Source of the DNA: Macrostomum lignano
Lineage: Eukaryota
Reading direction: 5' to 3'
Length of the DNA: 28,680 nt
Assembly: GCA_002269645.1 (NCBI GenBank)
Contig: NIVC01002044.1
Span: 1 to 28,680 of the forward strand
Shown: positions 9,545 to 20,176 of the stretch, in pieces
Numbering within the stretch: position 1 is the stretch's first letter
Layout: the number at the start of each line of letters is the position of its first letter
The notes under the pieces: generated by a model
The model's database searches: none
The model's input: only the letters and a program-made list of their open reading frames with translations
What the model was told of the DNA's origin: nothing
Position numbers and translations under genes: made by a program

Positions 9545-12339
9545 GACGGCGGACAAATGTAGAGCGTTTCAATCGCGTTTCAACCCAGGCAGCCTACCCA
9601 TAATACCCATTCTTTTACGAGCGTACAATATAAATGGCAAATCCTCCTGCGCCCTTAAAGACAATATACAGCTAAAATTGCTAGCTAGGGGTGCTATTGA
9701 TTTGGAACATAGACTACAATAGCTTGAGTGGCCTGCGTATAGTAGTGTCTGTCTATTTGTTACTCGCACTTCTCAGTGGTCCCACCAGGCGCCTGTCTTT
9801 GTCTAGCCGTTACAGTCATCACTGTACAGTTATCACTGGCTAATGCACGCGCAAGTCCGATGCACTAATCCTGTCTGCATCGACCCCGCACCCCCCAAAA
9901 AGCATAGGCCTACCGGATTGTATTTCCCCAAGCTAAGAAGCAGAGAAATAAATAAAGCACCCGGGCCTGGCGCTCTGCAAGAAGCTGAGAACCAAGATCG
10001 AGCATTTCATTTTGAGCTAGACTCCACAGCCTGATATGATTTAGACTACTCGTAGATAAAAAATTGTCAGATTAACTGAATGCGTGAGCTAGCTTGAATC
10101 TAAAATATCAAAGATGCAAGTGTGATTCTACAGGGAGCTAGTACTCGTATTACTACACTATAATTTACGCGCCGAATTTAGCACATTTTTATTCATATTA
10201 TAAATACACAACAGCTATTATCTAGAGCTGTATCTAGCACAGTTCTGAGTACAGTATCCAGAGTCCGCTCTAGACGCGTTTAGAATCCAGTGCAAATAAA
10301 ATAGAATATAGCAATTCAAATTTTAAAATAATAGGTTAAAACTCTTTTAAACCAGTTATTAAAAAATTACTCTAATAGTACACAAACAGTGAGACAAGTT
10401 TTGTTTTAGTGGTCAAATCTTAGTAATATTATAAATTCGTAAGTTACTAGGAAAAAACGAAGCGACGAGCGTACAAATATGAACTTTAGTTTTAATTATC
10501 GCGCTGCATTGTGAACCCCACAGTCACTTTTCTTCAACACGTAAGTTTGCTAATTTTAGCACATTAATAATTATATGTTCAGTAATAGTAGTACGTTTAT
10601 TTACTCACTAAATAGCTATAAGAACGTAGAAAAACTATATGGCAATATAATAATTTCTTTGAGACCAGAAGTCATAATTCACTATTCACAAGTCGTCAAA
10701 AGTGTGCGAGTAAAATGAAAAAAAAATGTAACTTCTGCATCGATTAAATTATCCTCACATTACTCCGCAAATCTGGGCATATTTCAGTTTCGTCTTTATG
10801 TTCATAATACTGCTATTTAATTTTGCTGATTTATATTATAATATAGCTGTCATATGATACAAGTCTTTATTGGATATAATGAGTAGTAATATCTTAAGCT
10901 AACTTAAGATACTATCTTATATGATACAGAAGTCATTAAATTAATTGATATAACTTATAACTATGATATTAAAATAGATGTATACATATTCAATTTAAAC
11001 TACACTGGATTAAGGTGAAAATTATAGCCAAAATAATAAGATAATGAATATTGCTATTTGCTACAATATTAGTAATGAATGTAACCATATTTAATCCTGT
11101 TGTAGTAATGTTTGAATTTTTTGTGGATTTTTAAATTAATATAAAGTGGCAGCAGTGTCAATTTTTATTATGTATACCATAATCTTTTTTGTGACATTTA
11201 ACCATATTATTTTTATATTCAAATCTTGATGAAACTTTGACATAGAATTATTTAGTCTAATATATATTACTTTAACTATTTGAAATCCACGCAGCCAGTT
11301 ATATCTTTTTATAAAGTTTTTAAACTGCATTAAGTAGCATAAAAAGAGGATATTTTCCTTTATTCTCAAGATTGAACTCATAATCAATGAATCATTTTTA
11401 TTAATCTAACGAGTTTCATCTAGAGACTATAAGATTAATAAATACATACTTTTTCAGCTTTTTATTGGGATATTTTTCAGTTCTACTTATAGTAGCATTT
11501 GGCTGCAAAAAATTTCAACTGTAAGGAACTAGATTTTTTCATTTCTAAGCTGAATTTCATTTTACGAGTCAGAAAATTTGTTTGACACTTGGCTGAAACA
11601 GATAATTAGTAAAGATGGGACTTAAACTTGTGGTTAATTTATGCAAATTCTATAGACTTCAAAATAGTCTGGCATTGGCCATGTAGTCCCTGGAATGGGG
11701 CGATTCTTGACGAGAATGGGGCGATTCTCACAGGGAATTGGGAAGCGAAGCCTTAAGATTTTTTGCCATGATTTTGCTTTCTTCGGGTCTCGGTTTGTTT
11801 TAGTTACTGGACAGTTTTCTAAACATTTTGTTATTCAAAAACTCCCATGCAAGTATTATACCATAAAATATTTTGTTTACCGGTATTATGAATCGCAGCA
11901 ATTATTTTATACCAGGAGTTCATCAGGACTTTTGAATTTTGAATTTTCTACTTAGATTCTATATAGGAATTAAATTATCCGAAAAATTCTCAAGTCAGTG
12001 CAAATTCGGTCAAGCTATAATTGTAAAAGCAGGCAGTAAGCTCCAAATGCTTGGATTGCTTTCTCACTCTTTGCCTTCGTGACCTCTTTAAACCCTATAA
12101 AACACGACGGCTTGTATGTAGCTTGGGTCATAAATTAAATATGGCTCACATGGGCTTTCTGTATACCGCCTATAGTTTTTTATTCGCTTTTATTCAAAAT
12201 TTAAGCCTGCAATTGCACCCGGCTGAGAGTTACCTGTGCGCAAATGCTGAGGTTGCGAATGGCATTGATTAATTGGTATTAAGCCAGCCGCCCCTCGAAG
12301 AGAATAAAAAGAATTCTGGGTGCAGAGAGGCTGACAAAA

Positions 12340-12353
12340 CCCGCCTTTATATA
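12340..12353. promoter_or_regulatory. Candidate bidirectional core promoter: GC box CCCGCC next to TATATA
   Basis: TATATAAA on minus and TATATAGG on plus, with ATG plus splice-donor exons on both sides (12387 on plus, 12265 on minus). Confidence 0.35.
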
Positions 12354-12386
12354 GGCATTAGCTAGCTACTGTTTCGCTTGGAGCTC

Positions 12387-12904
12387 ATGCTCATACAGAA
12401 TTGCGGGAGAGGCGGTCACTTGTCGCGCACCCCCTGCGTGAGTCAGCAGTCTAAGTGTTTAATAATTACAGACAGTGAACTGAGCTGAAATATTTTTTCG
12501 TCTTAAGTTTCCCGCTAGCTACCTGAAGTTAAGTTTTTTTTCAACAGGAGGCCCGGCGTTACGAAGAAGCAGCATTTTTAAGGGCGTCATTTCGCTTTTG
12601 TTTCGGTAAAACCCAACCGCTCCACAGTTCTGTGAGAGTTGGCTATAAGCAGCCATCCCTCCTCCATTTTGAGCCGGTTCGTTTCGGCTTTAGATGCTCT
12701 CAACTCTATACTTGTAATATAGAGTGCACACAGGCTAGCCAATTCTTTCTTTTTAGAACACCTACCCGAGGCCATGCCTTCCAAATAGCATTTGTGCTTA
12801 GCTATAATAGTGCAGTCGCTATTAAGAGAACAGTTTATGAAGATTCTGCCAGGTTAATAGATCTTTGCACTGAATTCGAGAGACATATAGAGAAAAAACG
12901 CTAG
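12387..12904 (+). CDS. Hypothetical two-exon ORF (12387-12437 + 12548-12904), 135 aa, no recognisable domain
   Basis: GTGAGT donor at 12438, polyT-CAACAG acceptor at 12547, in-frame join, 118 open codons in exon 2. Confidence 0.3.
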
Positions 12905-13259
12905 CGGTGGCTTGATCAACGCTCGAATTCAGGTGAGTAACTTTTCACCATGGCTTGCAGACCTTTTGCGAACACACTTGAAAGTTTAGTAGGTACTGTC
13001 AGGGCGCCTTTGAAAGTTCAGCTTAAAACGGGTGTAAAAGGCTCGGATCTATTTGTCTTCTTGCGGCCTGTGGAAAGGTCAGGTAGTCGGGACAAGCCTA
13101 AAAAAGTGGTAATAAAATTCCCTATAGTAGCCGGCAGCGTTGTTAATGACACTAGCGTTATTATTGTAAACTCCTGATTTTAAGGATAGAAGGATATAAG
13201 TACAAAAAGTACTCGACGATTATTCCAAGCAGTATAGTGTCCAAATTTAACAGTCTCGG

Positions 13260-13480
13260 CTAATGACTTGCACAATGCCAAGTCACTAGCACTGCCAGTA
13301 AACAGACCAAGCTGAGGGTTAATTGCGTCAGTAATCTACCGCCGGCATTGCACACGTCGCCCCTGCAGAAGCACATGAATCCTTGGCCGCTGCGCGACTC
13401 GTAAATGCACACAGACGCTGTCTGGACGAAGCGCAGGTCTAGGCTTGTTGAGCAAGTGCGCATTATGCTGCTTGGTCCGC
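13260..13480 (-). CDS. qvr: Quiver/sleepless-like Ly6 protein, last exon
   Basis: AAG acceptor at 13482-13481, phase 1. RTCSTSLDLRFVQTASVCIYESRSGQGFMCFCRGDVCN is followed by a hydrophobic GPI-signal tail and TAG. It closely parallels my recollection of Drosophila Qvr (VC..ES.G.G.MCFC..D.CN). Confidence 0.88.
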
Positions 13481-13616
13481 CTTTGAACGAGTGGTTGGAA
13501 TTAAAAATTAATAAAGTGGTTCTTGCAGATAGAGATAATATCAGTGAAAGCATACGAGTACAGCACCTTAATTGTTTTGCAAAATGTCTTAAGTCATGCG
13601 ATGCGATCATTTAAGG

Positions 13617-13913
13617 CAGGGATCAGATAGAGAACCCAGCGCATGACTGAGAACCAGATAAGGGGGGAGAGAAGAGAGCTATGAGAAATGACAGGCGAAG
13701 GAAGAGAAGAGATACTCTTAGAAGAGCAGAAAGGAGAGGAGAGGAGAAAAGAGAGGGGAGAGAAGGAACAGAAGATGAGAGAAGAAAGCTGAAAAGAGAC
13801 ACAAGCCTTGAGCGGACCGGATTGCTATTGTGAAGTTTCAAAGAACCCGAGGGCTGGATAGAGAGGCTTCGCAGGCCCCATGTTGCCCGCGGGCCGGAGT
13901 TCGCCGACCCTTG
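13617..13913. mobile_element. Degenerate hAT-like non-autonomous element (MITE) with GA-rich interior, in the qvr-like intron
   Basis: The minus-strand end CAAGGGTCGGCGAACTCCGGCCCGCGGGC resembles hAT/Charlie-type TIRs; the other end is CAGGGATCAG. Flanks ATTTAAGG and TTTTAACG match 6/8 as an 8-bp TSD with central TA. Confidence 0.55.
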
Positions 13914-14038
13914 TTTTAACGCCAAAATATTCCACGAAACTTAGTGAAGATTAAAACAAAATGGTATAATTAGCTAACATTAAGCTAACTCGTATATTGA
14001 AGGTCAAACGAGCTCTTTCTCAGTACCCTTGACTGTAC

Positions 14039-14224
14039 CTGTATCTGAAATCTTGACCCATTTGACACAGAGTCCATCGCATGGCACAATGCTCAAGTTT
14101 GCGGGCCTTTTGTGCAGTGGCCGCTTCAGCTCTTTGTGCAGCTTGGGATCGAATGGATCGCTGCACTTGCTCCGGGCTGGGTCGCTGGGCTCTGTGCTGC
14201 ACTGGAGGCAGCTGATGCCTTTCT
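14039..14224 (-). CDS. qvr: Quiver/sleepless-like Ly6 protein, internal exon (KGISCLQCSTEPSDPARSKCSDPF...VPCDGLCVKWVKISDT)
   Basis: CACACAG acceptor with TTCTAAC branch point and phase-1 GTACAG donor. With the last exon it gives 10 Cys in three-finger spacing. This frame is missed by the ORF track. Confidence 0.88.
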
Positions 14225-14275
14225 CTGTGTGCGTGCGGTGCCGAGTTAGAAAACAGTTTATTTGAAATACTTTAC

Positions 14276-14634
14276 CTAGTTAGGGACAGGGAGCACACTG
14301 GCGCGACGTCTTTGGCGACATCGCTACACAACCCTACAGTGACTCTTGAGGGCTGAATAGGCGCGCATGACATTAGCGCGTATGTTTGCGTGTTTCTTTT
14401 ACAATATTTGGCATAGGCGCGCACAAGCAGAAGCGCGCAAACGTGGCAGTGACACAAGCGCACAGACAATTGAGGGCCTCTTCGGTTGCCCGCGACTAGC
14501 TCCATTATCAAACTGTTCAGATTAGTGACATTGGAATAAGAGTAGCGGGCATAATGCACAAACAGCCATACACAATTCCGATCTTCGTGGTTGTAGGCAT
14601 TCATCGTAGATTTAGGACCATAAAAGATGTACAT
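14276..14634 (-). other. Probable first exon region of the qvr-like gene (signal-peptide-like LSVRLCHCHVCALLLVRAYA); phase unresolved
   Basis: Open frame beginning just downstream of TATATAA (14674-14668), with a strong AG|GTAAAG donor at 14275. That donor is phase 2, whereas the next exon needs phase 1 or 0. Confidence 0.4.
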
Positions 14635-14667
14635 CGCCTGACTGACTAGCGCCCCTCTAATCTAGCC

Positions 14668-14674
14668 TTATATA
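14668..14674 (-). promoter_or_regulatory. Candidate TATA box between the divergent Ly6 genes
   Basis: TATATAA on minus, ~35-40 nt upstream of ATG 14634; reads TATATA on both strands. Confidence 0.4.
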
Positions 14675-15663
14675 GTCGTAGTCCATAAAACTTCCACGCC
14701 ATAAACCACCGAGCTCAAGTTGCATTCAGATTCAGGCACGCACTCATACACACGCTCACACAGTGTCCCCCCGGGTCAATCAAACGAGTGGCTGGTGCTC
14801 ACTTTGACACGACTCTTCCGGATCAGACGCGCTGACTATGACCGACTGTAGAAGCGTGTGACACGCAACTGGAATCAGAGTGTTTTGATTGGATGCCACT
14901 TGTGTACATCAGAGTTCATGTTGGCGCTTTATCATTCTCAAAGTTAAACAAAAACTATGCGTTGCTTACCGGCAATAAAAAGCTTTGTTGCTATAGCAAC
15001 GCAGCTGGCCATATTGGCTTGCATGAAAGCGCCGCAGGTTCAACTAGGAAAAACACTATAAACACTTTACCGATGGGACAGGAGATTAACGTCGACTAAT
15101 CTTTTATTTTCTTACTTCTTGCGTAGCCTTTGAACCCAGCGCCCCGTTGCTGGCTGCAGGTACTAGCTATCCTCCGTCTGCCAGAGGCGCCTGCACCGCA
15201 TGGGTCCGGCATTTATGGGCAAAGGTGCAGAAGTCAGTGAATGGATTCCGACGCAATCGCCGTTGGAAAGGATTTTCTCGGGAAGAAGTTGGGGATAGAA
15301 AGGAGGCAGGATTTGCTTTTGCCGCTAGCAAACCAAACAGGTACGGAGAGTGAGGGAAGAATCAATGGGTTGGAGGTTGGAGAAAATGGTCGAGTGAAGG
15401 ATGCAGCGTTGATGGTCTGGCACCGACCATGTCTGTCTCGCCACCATAGAAGCCTTGGTACCCCATCCTTGTATATTTTTCTGTGTATATCTTCCCTCTC
15501 GTCCCAATATATTTGGCTTCTCGAACTTCTGCAGGCTATTGATGAGTGATATTGACAAGGGAAAAAGGGAAAATTCAGTCCTGTTTGGTACTGTGGTCGG
15601 TAGGAATTCAATCATAGGCTTTAAGCTTGATTAAATCCTTGAATTTTTGTCAATTTTGCAGCT

Positions 15664-16212
15664 ATGCCCGCCTTTGCCAGACCGAAATTTAAGCTGTCGA
15701 AAGCTCCGATGCCGCTGCTGCTGCTGCTGTTTCTGCAGCTCTGCGGCAGGTGCAACGGCGCGTCAAAGTGCTTAGCCTGCGACAACTATTTCGAGTTGAA
15801 CTTGCGCAACCTGGATACCACTAGCAAGTCGGAGATTCTGAAGCGCTACTGCGGCATAGAAGCTCGTATCACGGATAGCAACCAGGCCGACTGCGGTGGT
15901 GCCGACTATGACGGCTGCGTGAAGATTGTCACCCGCTCCTACCGGTATCACATCGACCGAGAGGGCGTCGGCATGCGGGCTCCGGAGACTCTCATTTCAA
16001 CTGTGGTTACTCGCGACTGCGCCGAGATTCCCAAAGCAATGGGCGTCGGGTGTCACATGCTGTACGGCGCTGGAAGCACTACAGAGATGTGCTACTGCAA
16101 AGGAGACTATTGCAATGCGGCGGGGCGACTGCAACTGCAGCATGGCTTGTTGATGGGCCACCTCTTGCTTCTGCTGCTGTCTGTGGTTGCTCTTCGGGTT
16201 ACGGGTCTTTAA
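15664..16212 (+). CDS. Ly6/uPAR (three-finger, quiver-like) GPI-anchored protein, intronless CDS, 182 aa
   Basis: Leu-rich signal peptide, 10 Cys from CLAC to CYCKGDYCN, and a hydrophobic C-terminal tail. A TTTTGCAG acceptor 2 nt before the ATG implies an upstream non-coding exon. Confidence 0.9.
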   Translation: MPAFARPKFKLSKAPMPLLLLLFLQLCGRCNGASKCLACDNYFELNLRNLDTTSKSEILKRYCGIEARITDSNQADCGGADYDGCVKIVTRSYRYHIDREGVGMRAPETLISTVVTRDCAEIPKAMGVGCHMLYGAGSTTEMCYCKGDYCNAAGRLQLQHGLLMGHLLLLLLSVVALRVTGL

Positions 16213-16360
16213 GCAGACACATTACATAACGATATAGCTATGTGATAAAGTGAATTATGAGGTTATTGTAGACTAAGCAATGATCAGGCGTTAAATTAGC
16301 TAGTAATTCCAGGCCAACAAGAGCCTGACAATCAGCCCAATTTCAGCTAAGCTTGATCTT

Positions 16361-17452
16361 TCAAGGATTTCTATCCTAGTTCTTCAAGGACTTCTATGCT
16401 AATTCTTCAAGGACTTCTATCCTAATTCCTCAAGAACTTCTATCATAATTCTTCAAGGACTTCTATCCTAATTCTTCAAGGACTTGTATCATAATTCTTC
16501 AAGGACTTCTATCCTAATTCTTCAAGAACTTCTATCCTAATTCTTCAAGGACTTCTATCCTAATTCTTCAAGGACTTCTATCCTAATTCTTCAAGGACTT
16601 CTATCCTAATTCTTCAAGGACTTGTATCATAATTCTTCAAGGACTTCTATCATAATTCTTCAAGACTTCTATCCTAATTCTTCAAGGACTTCTATCATAA
16701 TTCTTCAAGGACTTCTATCCTAATTCTTAAGGACTTGTATCATAATTCTTCAAGGACTTGTATCATAATTCTTCAAGGACTTCTATCCTAATTCTTCAAG
16801 GACTTCTATCCTAATTCTTCAAGGACTTCTATCATAATTCTTCAAGGACTTCTATCCTAATTCTTAAGGACTTGTATCCTAATTCTTCAAGGACTTCTAT
16901 CCTAATTCTTCAAGGACTTGTATCATAATTCTTCAAGGACTTCTATCCTAGTTCTTCAAGGACTTCTATCCTAATTCTTCAAGGACTTGTATCATAATTC
17001 TTCAAGGACTTCTATCCTAGTTCTTCAAGGACTTCTATCATAATTCTTCAAGGACTTGTATCATAATTCTTCAAGGACTTCTATCCTAATAAGAACTTCT
17101 TCAAGGACTTGTATCATAGGACTTCTTCAAGGACTTGTATCATAATTCTAATTCTTCCTAAGGACTTCTATCCTAATTCTTCAAGGACTTCTATCATAAT
17201 TCTTCAAGGACTTCTATCCTAATTCTTAAGGACTTCTTCTTCAAGGACTTCTATCCTAATTCTTTAAGGACATCTATCCTAATTCTTCAAGGACTTCTAT
17301 CCTAGTTCTTCAAGGACTTCTATCCTAATTCTTCAAGGACTTGTATCATAATTCTTCAAGGACTTGTATCATAGTTCTTCAAGGACTTCTATCCTAATTC
17401 TTCAAGGACTTCTATCCTAGTTCTTCAAGGACTTCTATCCTAATTCTTCAAG
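16361..17452. repeat. Minisatellite, 23-bp unit CTTCTATCCTAATTCTTCAAGGA, ~47 copies
   Basis: Tandem periodicity; same family as 5911-6419. Confidence 0.97.
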
Positions 17453-18065
17453 TTCGAATCCTCATGATTTCTTAGAATCTCATGTACTTTTATTGGGTTG
17501 AAAAAGAGAAATGAAAACTTTTTTTTCGATGTACTCAGCCTTTTGATAAAAAAGTTTTTCTGATGTACTTTTGTTAGACTTTTTCCATTTTACGTAAGAA
17601 ATTTTACACTGATAATTTAGTGATCTCTTGACCGGATAATAAAAATCGATTTAAATATTACTCAAACTGAAAATGCATGTTTAAAGAACATTCCTAAAGC
17701 ATTTCGGCTGTAGGTATAAATAGCATTTACACCGATATAAATGATCCGTTCAAGAAATCAAAATTGACATTTTCTTTTTTTTAATCAGAATACTACGAAT
17801 AAATACCAAGTTTTGTTTGTTAATGCTGTTAGTAATAAATGTGTACTCCAAATCTTATTTTATATTTTCTTATTACTTTCGATGGATGTTTGCATGTTTC
17901 TTCAATTTTTGACCCATGTAAATTTCTAATGAAATGGTGGTAACATTCTCATGCCCAATAAAGACTGCGAACTGCATTGAAGACTTTGTTTACAACCTTA
18001 AACTGCTTTTATCCTATATGCAGGGTGAAGATTTCGCTTCTCTGTGATGTCCCTGTCCACAATCT

Positions 18066-18989
18066 GGGTGATAGAACCCTGTCTGTCCCTACTGTGGGTG
18101 ATAGAACCCTGTCTATCCCTACTGTGGGTGATAGAACCCTGTCTGTCCCTACTGTGGGTGATAGAACCCTGCCTGTCCCTACTGTGGGTGATAGAACCCT
18201 GCCTGTCCCTACTGTGGGTGATAGAACCCTGTCTGTCCCTACTGTGGGTGATAGAACCCTGCCTGTCCCTACTGTGGGTGATAGAACCCTGCCTGTCCCT
18301 ACTGTGGGTGATAGAACCCTGTCTGTCCCTACTGTGGGTGATAGAACCCTGCCTGTCCCTACTGTGGGTGATAGAACCCTGCCTGTCCCTACTGTGGGTG
18401 ATAGAACCCTGCATGTCCCTACTGTGGGTGATAGAACCCTGTCTGTCCCTACTGTGGGTGATAGAACCCTGTCTGTCCCTACTGTGGGTGATAGAACCCT
18501 GCCTGTCCCTACTGTGGGTGATAGAACCCTGCCTGTCCCTACTGTGGGTGATAGAACCCTGCCTGTCCCTACTGTGGGTGATAGAACCCTGCCTGTCCCT
18601 ACTGTGGGTGATAGAACCCTGCCTGTCCCTACTGTGGGTGATAGAACCCTGCCTGTCCCTACTGTGGGTGATAGAACCCTGCCTGTCCCTACTGTGGGTG
18701 ATAGAACCCTGCCTGTCCCTACTGTGGGTGATAGAACCCTGTGTCCCTACTGTGGGTGATAGAACCCTGCCTGTCCCTACTGTGGGTGATAGAACCCTGC
18801 TGTCCCTACTGTGGGTGATAGAACCCTGCATGTCCCTACTGTGGGTGATAGAACCCTGTCTGTCCCTACTGTGGGTGATAGAACCCTGCCTGTCCCTACT
18901 GTGGGTGATAGAACCCTGTCTGTCCCTACTGTGGGTGATAGAACCCTGCATGTCCCTACTGTGAGTGATAGAACCCTGTGTCTGTCCCT
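18066..18989. repeat. Minisatellite, 30-bp unit CCTGTCCCTACTGTGGGTGATAGAACCCTG, ~31 copies
   Basis: 30-bp period; source of the GDRTLPVPTV, SRDRQGSITH and LLWVIEPCLS ORFs. Confidence 0.98.
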
Positions 18990-19905
18990 CCCTCCCTGAT
19001 AGCACATGCGGTGTTGTCAAAGTGAGCCAGCTGTAATTAATAATACTTCCAGTTAGATAAGTTTCTCTAACCAGATTCCAAAAGTAGAGAATGTCCTTTC
19101 ATAAGAAGTGTTCGCTCTGCATCAACACCGCTTGTCTGTCGGGCAGTGCCGCGGTACGAGCGGATTTATCTGTGACATCTTCAGTTGAAAATGTCTGTTG
19201 TGCAATTTGTTTTACTTTCCTAAAACTCTTACCAGGCCTTATGTACCGGTATACATTAGGCAGTTGAATAATTACTCAAACTTTCTATTAAGTTATTACT
19301 ATTAAGTAGTAGAATAGGATTTAGCTTCTCCACATTCCGTTGTTTTGCATTAACTTCGACTGGACCTTTTACAGAGCCTACAATTACTATGATAGCCTTT
19401 TAGATTTTTTATTTGTATGCATGCTGTGTTAACGCATTTTACAACGAAAACGATATGATGCTTTTTCTAACGCAATTTTGTGTTTGATGTTCCCCTGCAT
19501 ATCATGCCATGAGCAATGCGCCTGTGCTAGCGTAGACAGACATGTAATAACTAGCACTGCCACCCTTGTGTTGATGCTGCTGAACTTTATTTACTATCTA
19601 AACTTTTCTAATATTCAAGTTTGTATTGAATCTCCCTTTCTCTCCACCGTTTCCTAACTATTTTAGTCAAATACAATATTGATATTAAAATAATATTCTT
19701 CATATTCATCGGATTTGTTCATCATCAATAATACTTTAAACCACTTTAAAGCTCACTTTCAGGGAGGTTATTGACATAGATTTTATTTTGCGGGATTTAA
19801 TCGATCACTTTCCCAGACATATTGCAAGGATTATTGAATGTATCTAAATATGCGAGCTTCTCTCTTCTCTTCCTTCGTGACTCGAGAAATTTCTTAATGA
19901 AAATT

Positions 19906-19995
19906 TGTCTATGGTAAGAATGTGGGGGCTTCGCCCCCACACCCCCAGCAGGGGCTTCGCCCCCACACCCCCATCCCCAACTTCAACCATAGACA
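19906..19995. mobile_element. Small inverted-repeat-bounded cassette with two GC-TTC-GC (GCGAAGC on minus) hairpins; possible non-autonomous element
   Basis: TGTCTATGGT (19906-19915) and ACCATAGACA (19986-19995). CTTCAACCATAGACA is identical to 9528-9542. Hairpins at 19921-19941 (9-bp stem) and 19951-19963 (5-bp stem). Confidence 0.5.
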
Positions 19996-20052
19996 TACAA
20001 GTATGGCTCCGGGATTTATCTGAATACATCCCGCAAAATTAAAGTAGTTTAA

Positions 20053-20152
20053 ATAAGATATTCTATGGGTTTTTCGGTCGGTATTTCACTTAAATCCCGA
20101 GAGCCGTATGTCGATAATCACATACCGACCTCAAACCCATAGAATATCTTAT
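20053..20152. repeat. Long inverted repeat (~31-bp arms, 37-nt spacer); MITE-like or hairpin
   Basis: ATAAGATATTCTATGGGTTTTTCGGTCGGTAT versus ATACCGACCTCAAACCCATAGAATATCTTAT; the outer 20 bp are perfect. Confidence 0.85.
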
Positions 20153-20176
20153 ACATAAATCACTGAACGAGAGTGC

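Noticed and set aside
9900-9995. Minus-strand signal-peptide-like stretch MLDLGSQLLAERQARVLYLFLCFLAWGNT with a GTAGGC donor
   Set aside because: No convincing downstream exon could be joined.
10300-11600. AT-rich block with an 83-aa ORF
   Set aside because: Composition-driven ORF with no motifs, periodicity or termini seen.
11693-11728. 15-bp direct repeat GAATGGGGCGATTCT (period 21) and weak TIR-like ends near 11685 and 11930
   Set aside because: Only two copies, with no TSD or convincing terminal match.
15234-15615. Overlapping ORFs; VWHR...SLGTPS faintly like the copia pre-integrase WHRRLGHP motif
   Set aside because: Only fragmentary resemblance, with no integrase, RT or LTR nearby.
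17977-19020. 260-340-aa ORFs over the 30-bp array
   Set aside because: Three frames are open simultaneously with pure decapeptide repeats and frame-breaking indels near 18741 and 18800.
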